DNA of 64,000 nt from positions 9,542-73,541 of the forward strand of contig CAVVOB010000027.1 in assembly GCA_963749655.1 (NCBI GenBank), written 5' to 3'. Positions 12,030-22,839 of this stretch are shown piece after piece. The translations under genes and the position numbers were made by a program. The number at the start of each line of letters is the position of its first letter. The stretch's first letter is position 1. Under the pieces are notes generated by a model. The model did not search any database. It was not told the DNA's origin and saw only the letters and a list, made by a program, of their open reading frames with translations. Origin of the DNA: Nitrospirota bacterium. GTDB taxonomy: Bacteria > Nitrospirota > UBA9217.

Positions 12030-12849
12030 GGGCGAACCCCGCTGCTTCCTCTATCTTCTTCAGCGTCTGGAGGATATCCGGTAAATCGTCCAGGACCAGT
12101 GAGTTTTCGCCGTCGCATAGCGCTTTTGCCGGGTCCACGTGCACTTCCATGAATATCCCATCAACGCCGACTGCCACTGCTGCTTTGGCCAGCGGAAAGA
12201 TAAACTCCCTTTCTCCGCTCGAACAGGCTGCCCCGGCACCAGGTTTTTGAACGCTGTGTGTTGCATCAAAAATGACAGGATATCCGAAGCTCTTCATTAT
12301 CGGTATCGACCTGAAATCATTCACAAGAGTGTTGTATCCGAAGCTCGTTCCTCTCTCGGTAATGAGTATCTGTCTGTTCCCCGTAGATTCGACTTTCGCG
12401 ATGGCGTGTTGCATGTCGTAAGGGGAGAGAAACTGACCCTTCTTGATATTTACCGGCTTGCCGGTCTCCCCACAGGCAACGAGGAGGTCTGTCTGTCTCG
12501 AAAGGAGGGCTGGTATCTGGAGGACGTCAACTGTCCGGGACGCGACAGCTGCCTCTTCCACGGAGTGCACATCGGTCAGTACGGGAATGTTCAGTTTTTC
12601 CCTGACTTCGGCGAGTATCTCCAGGCCTCTTTCTACACCGAGCCCCCTGTAACTCTTTACCGAAGTCCTGTTCGCTTTATCGTAAGACGACTTAAAGATG
12701 AAAGGCACATTCAAGCCGGTTGTTATTGTTTGCAGTCTCCGGGCTATCTCCAGGGTAATATCACGCCCTTCTATAACACAAGGTCCGCCGATGAAAACAA
12801 AAGGTTTTGTCCCGACAGTGATGCTTCCGATACTTACTATTCTGTGCAT
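12022..12849 (-). CDS. kdsA: KDO 8-phosphate synthase
   Basis: [40 protein letters not shown]. Confidence 0.97.
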   Translation of the reverse strand: MHRIVSIGSITVGTKPFVFIGGPCVIEGRDITLEIARRLQTITTGLNVPFIFKSSYDKANRTSVKSYRGLGVERGLEILAEVREKLNIPVLTDVHSVEEAAVASRTVDVLQIPALLSRQTDLLVACGETGKPVNIKKGQFLSPYDMQHAIAKVESTGNRQILITERGTSFGYNTLVNDFRSIPIMKSFGYPVIFDATHSVQKPGAGAACSSGEREFIFPLAKAAVAVGVDGIFMEVHVDPAKALCDGENSLVLDDLPDILQTLKKIEEAAGFAHG

Positions 12850-13280
12850 TCCTGCTTATCTTTCCTCTTTTTTAGAGATGCTTTGATGAAGTCCCTGAAG
12901 AGAGGGTGAGGGTTAAAGGGTTTCGATTTAAACTCAGGATGAAACTGACACCCCAAGAACCAAGGGTGCCCTTTCACTTCCACAATCTCGACTAATGTTT
13001 CGTCAGGGGATAGGCCTGTGATCGTCAGCCCACATTCCTCCAACTGGTTCCGGTAGCACATGTTAAACTCATACCGGTGCCTGTGTCTTTCATGGATAAG
13101 ACCCTGTTTGTAGGCCCTGTGGGCAAGGCTGCCCTGTTTTAGCTCGCAGGGATAGGCACCGAGCCTCATGGTGCCACCTTTATCAGAATACTTGTCTCTC
13201 TTTTGGACCTTTTTTTCTCTGTCCATCCATTCTTCTATCAGGTATATAGCGGGACAGGCCGTCTGTTCGTTGAATTCCGT
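12837..13280 (-). pseudogene. pyrG: CTP synthase, C-terminal ~145 aa only (glutaminase domain fragment), fused in frame to TolB
   Basis: TEF...[11 protein letters not shown]...[10 protein letters not shown]...LVEIVE...[17 protein letters not shown]; directly upstream of kdsA as in canonical pyrG-kdsA; the N-terminal part is missing. Confidence 0.93.
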
Positions 13281-14501
13281 GCCGTTTGCATTCATGATAT
13301 AGATGCCCGACTTTCCCTCGCGGGTCGAGCTGAAGACGATCTGCCGGCCCGACGGCGACCAGGACGGGTTTTCGTCGCTGCCCGGCCCGTCGGTGAGAAC
13401 GCGGAAGTCGGAGCCGTCGGGGTTCACCGTTGCGATCTTGAAGAGGCCCCGGACCTGGCTTGCAAAAACGATGCGGTCGCCCCGCGGCGACCAGTTCGGA
13501 GACGCGTTGTAGCTGCCTTCGAAGGTGACCCGCCGGACATCGGCGCCGTCGGCGCTCATGATGTAGAGCTGCGGCGTGCCCGCCCTGCCCGAGGTAAAAA
13601 CGATCTCCCTGCCGTTCGGCGCACAGGAAGGCGACACATTGTCGGCGAGGCCGTATGTCAGACGCTCCAGGTCGTTGCCGCCCCTGTTCATCGTGTAGAT
13701 CTCCGCGCTTCCGTCCTTGCTGAGCGCCAGCGCGATGCGTTTGCCGTCGGGCGACCAGGCGGGCGAAATATTGAGGCCCTCGGCGCTCGACATCTTCCAG
13801 CGCTTGCCGGTCTCCATGTCCAGCGCGTAGAGATCGGGGTTCCTGTCGCGGTACGACACGTACAGGAGCATCTTGCCGTCGGGGCTCCAGGCCGGAGAAA
13901 GGCAGATGGACCGGTCCGCCGTGATCTTGAGGGGGTTCTTGCCGTCATAGTCCATGACGTACAATTCCTTGGAACGCGTCTTGTCCGAGACATAGGCCAG
14001 ACGGGTCCTCGCAATGCCCTTCTCGCCGGTGTACCGGGAAACGATCTCGTCGGCGAAGGTATGGATCATGCGGCGGAAAGTCTCCTCGTTGCCGAAGTAT
14101 TCCTTGCTCGCGAGGCGCAAAGCCGTGGGCGCGTCGTAGAGCCGTCCGGACAGCACGAGGTCCTTGCCCTTGTTCTGAATCCTGAGCCAGACGGCGCCGG
14201 ACAGGCCGAAGGTTCCGCCGCGCTTGAGGACGTCCTCCGACGGCTCCATATTTCCCGAAACCGCAAGGTCGAGCTTCTTCGGATCCACGACATCGAAGAT
14301 CTGCGAACGCCGCAGGTCGGCCTGCAGCACATCGAGCGCCGTGGCGCCCAGTGTCGGTGAAAACGTTTCGTTGTGGACGTCCAGCACGGCGATGGGGATC
14401 TTCTTGGTCTCGCCGCGGACCACGCCGAGATAGTACTGGGCCGCCGCCGGAACGGCGATGAGCATGCAAAGCGTTATGAAAAGTACGGTGCGTTTTATCA
14501 T
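13275..14501 (-). CDS. tolB: Tol-Pal beta-propeller protein TolB, extreme C-terminus replaced by the PyrG fragment
   Basis: Signal peptide [21 protein letters not shown], TolB_N domain, repeated [10 protein letters not shown]40 blades; downstream of tolQRA. Confidence 0.92.
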
Positions 14502-14601
14502 AGATGAATGTAAAGCGTGAACCAGCGGGGATGTCTCCCGTGCGGCAAAGGCAGTCCCACTCCTCATATCCTAATCCCTACAAGCCGGAACCTAATGCCC
14601 C

Positions 14602-14711
14602 TGGAACCGCGAAGACGCGAAGGTCGCAAGGGAAATCCTGCAGATCATGTCTCAACGCAAATGTTCCTTTGTTGTTGACGTCCTTCGCGCTCCTCGCGCC
14701 TTCCCGGTAAA
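14602..14711. repeat. Palindromic dispersed repeat, copy 1 (ACCGCGAAGACGCGAAGG...CCTTCGCGCTCCTCGCGCCTTCCCGGT)
   Basis: Inverted arms; near-identical copy at 16838-16945. Confidence 0.85.
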
Positions 14712-14749
14712 GATTCCGTCATTGTGAGGAGAAGTCGAGTCCTTGGTTT

Positions 14750-15484
14750 TTAATCTACCGGCGTCAGATCAACGGTAAATTCTGCGGTCGGGCGGTACGA
14801 CTCCTCCGGCATGGGAGGAAAGGGGCTCGACTGTTGTATCGCGCGTATCGCGGCCTGATCAAAGTAGAAATTGCCGCTCTGCTCCACCAGTGCCGGATGG
14901 TCAAGGATGACCCCTGAACGGTTGATCGTAAACTTGACCTTGGCCTTCAATCCCGCCGCGCCGGGCGGCGGATTCCAGTTGCGCGCGATTTTATTTCGAA
15001 CAGCCCCCAGGTAGGTCGCAAGGGCGGGGTCCGATGAGCCTGCGCTGACGGCCACTCCCTCGCTCGTGCCCTGCGCTTTTCCCGGCGTACCGGTTTCCTT
15101 CGCAGCAGGAGTCGGGGCGGGCTCAGTCTGTTCCTGCATCCCGGGGGCCGGCTTCGCCTGTTTGGGAGCAAGCTCGGGAATGGCGCCCTTGTGCGCAGCG
15201 GGCTTCGCCGGCCTGGACTCCGCTTTTTTTACTTTCGGCAGGGGCAATTTCGCCCCCGGTTTTTCGGACTGCGCGGGCGCCTCGGCGGCCGGCTGGGCCA
15301 GGTCCTGGGGCAGTCCCACGAGCTTGACGCTGTAGGACGGCGGAACATTCACCCGGGTCGTGGTCGCCATGCGGATGATAAGCGCAAGGGCGATCACGGC
15401 CAGGTGCAGAAAAAGAGAAAAAAAGACGGAAATCGCGAGCTCATACCGCGACTGCCCGATCTTCCTTCCCGAAGCCAACCTCAT
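14750..15484 (-). CDS. tolA: TolA/TonB-family energy transducer
   Basis: TM with SLFLH motif, Pro/Ala/Lys-rich linker, TonB_C-like end (KIARNWNPP...SGNFYFDQAAIRAI..SSPFPP). Confidence 0.85.
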   Translation of the reverse strand: MRLASGRKIGQSRYELAISVFFSLFLHLAVIALALIIRMATTTRVNVPPSYSVKLVGLPQDLAQPAAEAPAQSEKPGAKLPLPKVKKAESRPAKPAAHKGAIPELAPKQAKPAPGMQEQTEPAPTPAAKETGTPGKAQGTSEGVAVSAGSSDPALATYLGAVRNKIARNWNPPPGAAGLKAKVKFTINRSGVILDHPALVEQSGNFYFDQAAIRAIQQSSPFPPMPEESYRPTAEFTVDLTPVD

Positions 15485-15900
15485 TTGCCGCGCTCACCGG
15501 ACGACGCGGCTTCGGTCACCATGCCGAGCCGGTCGATGCCTGCGCGCTTCACGATGTCCATGACCTGCACGACGGCGCCGTAGGGAGCGTCGCGGTCCGC
15601 CCGGAGATAGACATTGATGAGCGGCTTGGACTTGCGGATGGAATCAAGAACATCTTTCAGGCGGGCCACGTCGACGCGCTCTTTTTCTATGAACACTTCC
15701 TGGTTGTGCGTCACCGTGAGCACGATGCGGTCCTCGGGCTTGATGGTATTTGCCTCGGACTTGGGCAGGTTGACGTCGAGCCCGCGGCTCATCATGGGCG
15801 AGACGATCATGTAGAAGAACAGGATCGTCAGCAGCACATCGATGAGCGGCACCAGGTTCAGCTCACGGATGACATGCCGTTCCCGCCGTTCGAAGCTCAT
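15481..15900 (-). CDS. tolR: TolR/ExbD
   Basis: LNLVPLIDVLL, LRADRDAPYGAVVQVMD. Confidence 0.9.
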   Translation of the reverse strand: MSFERRERHVIRELNLVPLIDVLLTILFFYMIVSPMMSRGLDVNLPKSEANTIKPEDRIVLTVTHNQEVFIEKERVDVARLKDVLDSIRKSKPLINVYLRADRDAPYGAVVQVMDIVKRAGIDRLGMVTEAASSGERGK

Positions 15901-16613
15901 GACTTCCTCCGAAGCAGATGCCGTTCGAGATAGCTCAGGAACTCCATGGAAAAGGAGTCGCACCGGATGGCGATGTCCCGGATCTTGTCGGCGAAATAGT
16001 TGTAGGCGATCACGGCGGGGATCGCCACGAACAGGCCGGAGATGGTGTTGATGAGCGCCGCCGCGAGGCCCGGCGCCAGGGCGCCGATGTCCCCCGCGCC
16101 CTTGAGCCCGATCCCGTAGAAAGCCTCCATGATGCCCCAGACCGTTCCGAACAGCCCGAGGAGCGGACCCACGGTGCCCGTCGTGCCGAGAAAGGCGAGG
16201 TAGCGCTCCATGTACACGACCTCGTCCTGCGTCGTGATCTTGAGCGACCGTTCGATCTCCTGGGAGATGAGCGGCCGCTCCTCATCGGTGACCTTTCCCT
16301 CGGGAAGGGTCTTGATGATGCTCTCGGCGCCGCGGTAGCCGTCGACGAAGAGCGTCGCCAGGGGGCTGAACTTCCTGGATTCGGCGTACTTCAGCAGTTC
16401 CTCGACGTTCTTGGTCTTTCGGAAGGCCTGCAGGAAGGAGTGCGATTCCTTCTCTGCCCTCCTCAGGAACTGGTACTTGAGAAGGATCATGGCCCAGGAC
16501 ACGATGGAAAACCCCATGAGGATGAACACGATCACCCGGGCGACCCATCCTGTTTCTGCAAACAGGCCAAGCACTCCCGTGTTCAGCCCGGGCACTGCAC
16601 TGATAGCGAGCAT
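15897..16613 (-). CDS. tolQ: TolQ/ExbB/MotA proton-channel protein
   Basis: GPLLGLFGTVWGIM, APGLAAALINT..GLFVAIPAVIAYN. Confidence 0.92.
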   Translation of the reverse strand: MLAISAVPGLNTGVLGLFAETGWVARVIVFILMGFSIVSWAMILLKYQFLRRAEKESHSFLQAFRKTKNVEELLKYAESRKFSPLATLFVDGYRGAESIIKTLPEGKVTDEERPLISQEIERSLKITTQDEVVYMERYLAFLGTTGTVGPLLGLFGTVWGIMEAFYGIGLKGAGDIGALAPGLAAALINTISGLFVAIPAVIAYNYFADKIRDIAIRCDSFSMEFLSYLERHLLRRKS

Positions 16614-16837
16614 TTATGATACCTCCGATGATAGTTTTTCCAGGACAGGGGAAAACAACAGAAGCATGCCGGACGCAGATGAACGTTGAGAATACGGATA
16701 CGCTTCAAACAACATTCAAGAAGGTTTCAATCTGTGCCGATCTTTAATCTGCGTCCAGAAGTATTTCCGGTCTGTTCCCGCGTGGTGAATTGCTCAGCCG
16801 TTGCGCCTAAATCCGGACACGACGGAACCACTAACTT

Positions 16838-16945
16838 TGGAACCGCGAAGGCGCGAAGGTCGCGAAGGGAATCTTGGAATCAAGTCTTAAAGCAAGGCTC
16901 CCTTGTATTTGACGTCCTTCGCGCTCCTCGCGCCTTCGCGGTAAA
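16838..16945. repeat. Palindromic dispersed repeat, copy 2
   Basis: ACCGCGAAGGCGCGAAGGTCGCGAAGGG...GACGTCCTTCGCGCTCCTCGCGCCTTCGCGGT; direct repeat of 14602-14711. Confidence 0.85.
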
Positions 16946-16983
16946 TTTTCTTCCGTTTTGAGTCGAATTCTATTCCGTGGCTG

Positions 16984-18916
16984 CTAAAGCGTCGCCATGA
17001 CCTTTCCCATCTCACTCACGTCGTATCCGCCCATGGCAACGATCTGGTCCCGGAATTCCCGGTCCTCGCGGATGATGCTGAAGAGCGCCTGCATCATGGG
17101 AGTCTCGAAGAACTCTTGCGGCACGGCAAGATCGTACCGCTCCTGCGCAACGGGAACAAAATCGAGCTCCAGCGCCTGGGCCGCCGAGAGCACGGCGAGG
17201 CCCGTGTCCGCGGCTCCCGACACGACCGCTGCGGCCACTGCCATGTGGGTGAATTCTTCGTGATCATACCCTTTTACGGTTTTCGGGTCAATCTTCAATT
17301 TCTTGAGATAGAGGTCCGTCAATAAACGCGTTCCCGCGCCTGCCTGGCGGTTCACGAACACCACATCCGGCCTCGCCAGGTCTTCGAATCCCTTGATGCC
17401 TTTGGGATTGCCCTTGGGAACGATGAAGCCCTGAGTCCGGTACACGAGGTTCACGAGGACGGTCCTGCGGGCGGCGAGATGTTTTCTGATATAGCTTACG
17501 TTGTACTCGCCCGTCTCCTCGTCGAGCAGATGGGTGCCGGCCATGTGCGCTTCCCCGCGCTTCAGCGCCAGAAGGCCCCCCATGCTGCCCACGTGGGCCG
17601 AGGACATGGAGTATTCGGGGATGTTTTTTCTTGAGATAGTTTGCGAGCACGTCCAGGGCGTTGTCGTGGGAGCCGATGCAGACGATGGTGTTCTCGATTT
17701 CGCGGCCGGACCGCAGCAGTTCCACGGTCACTTCCTGGCCCGCGGCGATGCCCTCGCTCTGCGCCGGGACGCGGATGATGCCGTCGGCCCGCACGAGCGA
17801 CATGAGCGCCCCGGCGCCGCGCGTGACCGGCGTGGCGATGAGATTGCCCGACACACTGCCGAGCTTCACGCGGATGAACTCCTCCGAACCGAGGCCCGAG
17901 GCGACCTGGCGGCTGAGCCGCGCCGGGATCGTTTCGGGGCCGGCGGACCTGATCCCCAAAAGCGAAAAGACAAGGGGCTTGACGAAGAGGTTGAACGTGA
18001 GGGCCGCCGACACGGGGTATCCGGGGATGCCGATCACGGGCTTGCCCTCCACGATCGCGAGGATCACGGGCTTGCCGGGCTTGATTGCGACACCGTGCAC
18101 GATGACCTGTCCGATCCCGGCGATCACGTCGGACGTGAAGTCCTCCCTGCCTGCCGAGGAGCCTGCGTTGATCACCACGCAGTCCGAGTCCACGAGCGCC
18201 TCGAGGATTGTCCTTCGCAGCAAAGCTGCGTCGTCCTTGACGATGGACTTGCGGACGCCGTGGGCGCCGTATTCCACAGCCATGGCGCAGAGCATGGTGG
18301 AGTTGAAATCGATGATGTCGCCCTTCCGGAGGACGCTGCCCGGCTCGATCAGCTCCGTTCCCGTGGGGATGACGGACACCACGGGCCTCTGCCGGACCTT
18401 GACCTCGGAATGACCGCTGGCGATCATGGCGGCCATGTCCACGGGACGGATGACGTGGTTCTCGGAGATGATGAGCTCCGTGGCCACGATGTCCTCGCCC
18501 ACAAGCCGTACGTGCTGCCACGGCGTCGCCGGCTTCAGGATCTCGATCTCGGACTCCGAGATTTTTTCCACGTCCTCGATCATGATCACGGCGTCGAAGC
18601 CGTCGGGCATGGGATCGCCGGTGTCGACTGCTACCGCCTGTGAGGGAGATGCAAGGCGCTTCGGCCGTGTCTCTGCCGCGCCGAAGGTCTCGATGAACCT
18701 GACGGCATAGCCGTCCATGGCCGCTGAGTGATAGAAGGGGGACGAGATCTTCGCGATCACCGCCTCTGACGTGACCCGTCCGAGGGCGTCGCCGACGGGA
18801 ATGCGCTCTCCCCCAAGGGGCCCGCCGATGCCTGCTGCTTTCAGGGCGTCGCTGTATTTCGCGATTGCATCGGCAAGAGGAAGGTTGTCGAGATATTTTT
18901 TCTGTTTGAATGCCAT
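16984..18916 (-). CDS. moeA: Molybdopterin molybdotransferase MoeA fused to a C-terminal PBP domain; one frameshift at ~17617-17620
   Basis: SAAMDGYAV, VDTGDPMP, HGVAIKPGKP, GIPGYPVS, then GSHD; removing one G from GGGG at 17617-17620 gives KKKHPEYSMSSAHVGSMGGL continuing into ORF 16984-17607. Confidence 0.92.
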
Positions 18917-19203
18917 CGTGTCCCTCTCCTACGTTCGTCACTCCCGAAAAATCGGGAATCCAGGGTAATGTTAAAGTACTTTACGAACCAACATCTTGAA
19001 TTTTGAGTCAAGTTTTGCAACCACAGGTCCGGCTTCGCCGGACACACAGATGAACACAGGTGAAAAGCTTTAAACAAGTTTAAGAAACTTGCTTCTATCC
19101 GTGTTCATCTGTGGTTACAAATTTCATTGGTCTGAGGCTTGCCTCGTTAATTTCGCATTTTTTTCTGCATCTCTTTCCCTGACGGGGCAAAGCCGGGGAA
19201 GCG

Positions 19204-19590
19204 CTATGCTTTGAGACTGATAAGTTTATTTACTTCCGCGATTACCTGTTCAATCTCCGGACGAACGGCACTGATAACAGACGTTCCCGCGTGCTTATGC
19301 TCCGGGTGAGTTTTTACTTCGGGATGATGAGGTGTATTATCGTAGCGGAAGATAATGCTTGTATCGGACTGTTGGTAATGATAGCGATAGCTCAACCAGG
19401 TTAATGTTCCTGCATTGATATGCAGGGCCTCGCTTATTTCAAGCAAGGAATTATCGAAAAATCGAAGACGAATACGCAAATTCCCCCGCTCGTTGGACAA
19501 CACCTGCTCTTCGTACCGTTCTACTTCCAACCTGGATGAGCCCGAAATGAGTCTCTGTACTCTTTCGAAATGATCCAGGATCTTGTTCAT
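19204..19590 (-). CDS. DUF6516 / TumE-like toxin
   Basis: YRYHYQ...IFRYDNTPHHPEVKTHPEHKH pattern; AT-richer than flanks; overlaps the upstream small gene by 4 nt. Confidence 0.8.
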   Translation of the reverse strand: MNKILDHFERVQRLISGSSRLEVERYEEQVLSNERGNLRIRLRFFDNSLLEISEALHINAGTLTWLSYRYHYQQSDTSIIFRYDNTPHHPEVKTHPEHKHAGTSVISAVRPEIEQVIAEVNKLISLKA

Positions 19591-19817
19591 GCAACAACCT
19601 TCAGCTTCTGCTCCAATTCCTGTTTAAGCGCCATATAGTGCTGGTAATCTCCGGCCCATTCAACATTATCGCTGGAATCCTCCAGTGCCCCCGCCAGATA
19701 CTGTTTGTAGAACTCGGCAGAGGTCGTATTATATTTCCGTTCAAAAGCCGCCAATGACCGGAGGAGCGAATCCAGCGCATCTACGATTGATCCGTGTGTG
19801 ACTCTCGTTACACCCAT
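19587..19817 (-). CDS. TumA-like antitoxin
   Basis: LAAFERKYNTTSAEFYKQYLAG.LED..DNVEWAG.Y pattern, 76 aa, directly upstream of the toxin. Confidence 0.75.
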   Translation of the reverse strand: MGVTRVTHGSIVDALDSLLRSLAAFERKYNTTSAEFYKQYLAGALEDSSDNVEWAGDYQHYMALKQELEQKLKVVA

Positions 19818-19952
19818 TTCCCCCTCCTTATATGATATGCAATATCACAATGCCGCTAATATGACGGTACTATAAACCAGATAGAAAATCAATAATTATA
19901 CAATGTCCTGGCCGCACAATCCGCAAATTGAGCGGTTCTCTTCGCAGGAGCC

Positions 19953-21233
19953 CTAGAACAAGCGCACTTCCACTTCCTCCCCCGACTCGATCCCGATCTT
20001 GTTCACCGGCACCACCACCGTTCCCACGGCTTTTACGAGCGTGCTGATGAGACCCGATGCGCCGAACACGGGCCGCGCCCACAAGCCGTCGTCCCTCTTT
20101 TCGAGCATCACGCGGACGTGGTCCTCCCTGCCCGGACTCGACGCGATGCTGCGCGCGAGCTTCGCCTTCACGGAACGATAGGGCGGCGTGCCTTCGAGCG
20201 CGGGGTCCGGCCTCTCCCCGGTCAAGCGCAGGAGCGCGGGCTTGACGAAGATCTCGAAGCAGATATTGACGGCAACGGGATGGCCGGGGAGGCCGAAGAC
20301 CGGCACCTGTCCGCGTCCGGCGCCGACAATGCCGATGATCAGGGGCTTGCCCGGCCTGATCGAAACGCCGTGCACCATGACCCCCGGCGCGCCGGCGTCG
20401 TTGATCACCTTTGCCGTCAAGTCCGCCGTGCCCACGGAGCTGCCGCCGGTCATGAGGACGAGCGAACAGTCCGCGACCGAGGAATCGAGCGCCTCGCGGA
20501 GGCGGTCGTACTCGTCGCGGATGATGCCTTTCTTGACGGGCATGCCGCCGGACTGCGCGATCAGACCTTCCAGATTATAGGAATTGGTATCGCGGATCCT
20601 GCCCGGACCGGGGTTGCTGTCGGCGGGTACGATCTCGTTCCCTGTTGAAATAATGGCGACCCTTGGCCGCTCGAAAACCGGGATGCGGGTGATCCCCATA
20701 CCTGCCAGGGCGGCCATGTCCTGGGGCCGCATGCGGTGGCCGCGGGAAAGAACGGGCTCCCCTATGCGGATATCGTCGCCGCGTTGGATCACATTTTCAA
20801 GAGGCGCGACGGCCTTCACCGCCTCGATGGTCGCTGCATCGACTGCCTGGGTCTGCTCGAACATCACCACCGCGTCGGCGCCGGAGGGAAGCGCTCCGCC
20901 CGTGGCGATCTTCATGACTTCGCCTTTGCCTATGCCGCGACCGGGCATGGCCCCCATGGGGATATCTCCCACGACTGCGAGGAGCGCGGGCCGGGACTCG
21001 GCTGCGCCGAAAGTGTCGGCGCTCCGCACGGCATAGCCGTCCATGGTGGAGCGGTCGAAATCGGGCAGATCAACGGGTGAGATTATGTCGGAGGCGAGAA
21101 TACGGCCGAGGGAGGAGCTGATGGAAAGCTCCTCGGAAGGAATGGCGGGCACGGTGAAGTGCTCGTCAAGGACCTTGAGCGCTTCCTCTCGGGACACGAC
21201 GCCGCGCCTGCCGAGCATGTCTTTGAGGGCCAT
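19953..21233 (-). CDS. moeA: Molybdopterin molybdotransferase MoeA (gephyrin-like)
   Basis: PDFDRSTMDGYAV, IATGGALP.GADAVVM.E, ISTGNEI, TGGSSVG, IRPGKP, GLPGHP. Confidence 0.95.
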   Translation of the reverse strand: MALKDMLGRRGVVSREEALKVLDEHFTVPAIPSEELSISSSLGRILASDIISPVDLPDFDRSTMDGYAVRSADTFGAAESRPALLAVVGDIPMGAMPGRGIGKGEVMKIATGGALPSGADAVVMFEQTQAVDAATIEAVKAVAPLENVIQRGDDIRIGEPVLSRGHRMRPQDMAALAGMGITRIPVFERPRVAIISTGNEIVPADSNPGPGRIRDTNSYNLEGLIAQSGGMPVKKGIIRDEYDRLREALDSSVADCSLVLMTGGSSVGTADLTAKVINDAGAPGVMVHGVSIRPGKPLIIGIVGAGRGQVPVFGLPGHPVAVNICFEIFVKPALLRLTGERPDPALEGTPPYRSVKAKLARSIASSPGREDHVRVMLEKRDDGLWARPVFGASGLISTLVKAVGTVVVPVNKIGIESGEEVEVRLF

Positions 21234-21367
21234 GAACTCTCCCGAAAAAAATTTACCGCGAAGGCGCAAAGGAAATCAGACTTCTTAAGTAAAATCTATT
21301 CGCGTTCCTTGCGCCCTGGCGGTTCGATTTTGAGATCAAGATCCGGAAACGCCAGCTGCGGCCCGTA

Positions 21368-22300
21368 TTACTTCCCTTCCGTCTTTGGTTTCATCTTCCG
21401 GACGTAGGATGCGGCGCGCATGCCCGCGACCGCGCCTTCGCCTGCAGCTGACACGATCTGCATCCCGCCGCAGGTGCAGTCGCCGGCGGCGAACACGCCC
21501 TCGAGGTTCATGCGCTGGTGCTTGTCCACGATGAGGCAGCCGCGGTCGTCGGTGAGCCCTCCCGCTTTCAGGATGAGCTGCGATATCGGCGTCGAGCCCA
21601 TGGCGATGAACACGCCCTCGAGCGGAATCACCTGCTCGTCTCCGTTCCTGCTGATCTTGAGCCCCGTGACGAGCTCGTCGCCCACGACCGCGTGGATCTT
21701 CGCGACCGGATGGATCTCCACGTTCGGCTTGGACCTGAGCCGGTTCATGACCGCTGTCACGATGTCGAGCTCCTTGTGCGGGACCACGGTCACCTTCTCG
21801 GCGAGTTCGGCCAGGTGCAGCGCCTCTTCCGCTGCTTCGTCGTCCGCGCCGACGACGGCCACCTTTCTTCCTTTGAAAAAATTGCCGTCGCAGGTTGCGC
21901 AGTACGAAACGCCCTTGCCGAGGAACTCCTTGGCGCCGGGCACTTCGAGCTTCTTCCGGGCCACGCCGATGGCGATGATCACCGCGGTCCCCTCGTACAT
22001 TTCGTCGCGGGTGCGCACGCGCTTGACGGCGCCGTTCAGCTCCATGTCCACTACTTCCACGGGATAGACGATGGTGGCGCCGAACTTTTCAGCCTGCTTT
22101 GCCATGATCTGCGTGAGGTCCATTCCGTTGATGGTCTCGTAGCCGGGGTAGTTCTCGATATGGGCTATCTTCGCGGTGTAGCCGCCGACGAAATCCTTTT
22201 CGAGCAACACGCATTTCTGGCCCGCCCTGCCTAGATAGATCGCCGCAGTCAGGCCCGCCGGACCCGATCCGATGATTATTGTGTCGAAAACTTGCGCCAT
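21368..22300 (-). CDS. trxB: Thioredoxin-disulfide reductase
   Basis: IGSGPAGLTAAIY, IENYPG, GKGVSYCATCDG, GVFAAGD. Confidence 0.9.
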   Translation of the reverse strand: MAQVFDTIIIGSGPAGLTAAIYLGRAGQKCVLLEKDFVGGYTAKIAHIENYPGYETINGMDLTQIMAKQAEKFGATIVYPVEVVDMELNGAVKRVRTRDEMYEGTAVIIAIGVARKKLEVPGAKEFLGKGVSYCATCDGNFFKGRKVAVVGADDEAAEEALHLAELAEKVTVVPHKELDIVTAVMNRLRSKPNVEIHPVAKIHAVVGDELVTGLKISRNGDEQVIPLEGVFIAMGSTPISQLILKAGGLTDDRGCLIVDKHQRMNLEGVFAAGDCTCGGMQIVSAAGEGAVAGMRAASYVRKMKPKTEGK

Positions 22301-22839
22301 GGGTATTCCCTCCTCGATGATTGTGCTCCGCTCCGGAACATGCATGCTTTGGTTTTAGAATCGGCTTATCCGACGGTCCTTGCAGAAAGGGCAGGATGTC
22401 CAGAAACGGAACAATGAGTTCATTTTATCGAAGAGACCGGAACAAGTCAATAAAGGAAACCGGAGACCTGAGGGTCAAGGGTCAAGTAACATGGAGCAAG
22501 AAACGCCTTAGGGTCGAGGGTCCGGTTGCAAGGGGGCCGGGATACCAGCACTTCCAGCTTCCGGTCCCCGGTTCCCCGAACCCTGCCCCCGCTGTATGAA
22601 ATTTCCTGCAACTGCACATATTCAGCTTTTTCAGTGGCATGAACCGGATCGTGTCTGCGATTTCTGAGATGAATGAAGGAGAAACCATTCAGGTGATGCT
22701 CGAACACTGCGAGAGCTTTCATGAACTTGTCCCATCAAATCAACATCTTAATCTGTGCTTCTATTTTGGCATCTCAATTGTAATAAATAGTAAGTAGGGA
22801 ACTGACTCGGAACACCATCATGAGAGGGGACGGTAACTT

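Noticed and set aside
12837-14567. A novel functional TolB-CTP synthase fusion protein
   Set aside because: The PyrG part lacks the synthase domain and catalytic Cys region, TolB is exported while PyrG is cytoplasmic, and composition shifts at the join; a chimera is the better explanation.
17600-17625. Programmed frameshifting in moeA-PBP, thrC or iorB
   Set aside because: No consistent slippery-site or stimulator pattern; the indels are numerous, clustered and often in short homopolymers, as expected for sequencing error.
19170-19205. c-di-GMP-I riboswitch (GGGCAAAGCC)
   Set aside because: Lacks the GGCAAACC-GAAA-GG..GCAAAGC two-stem architecture and is not upstream of a co-oriented gene.
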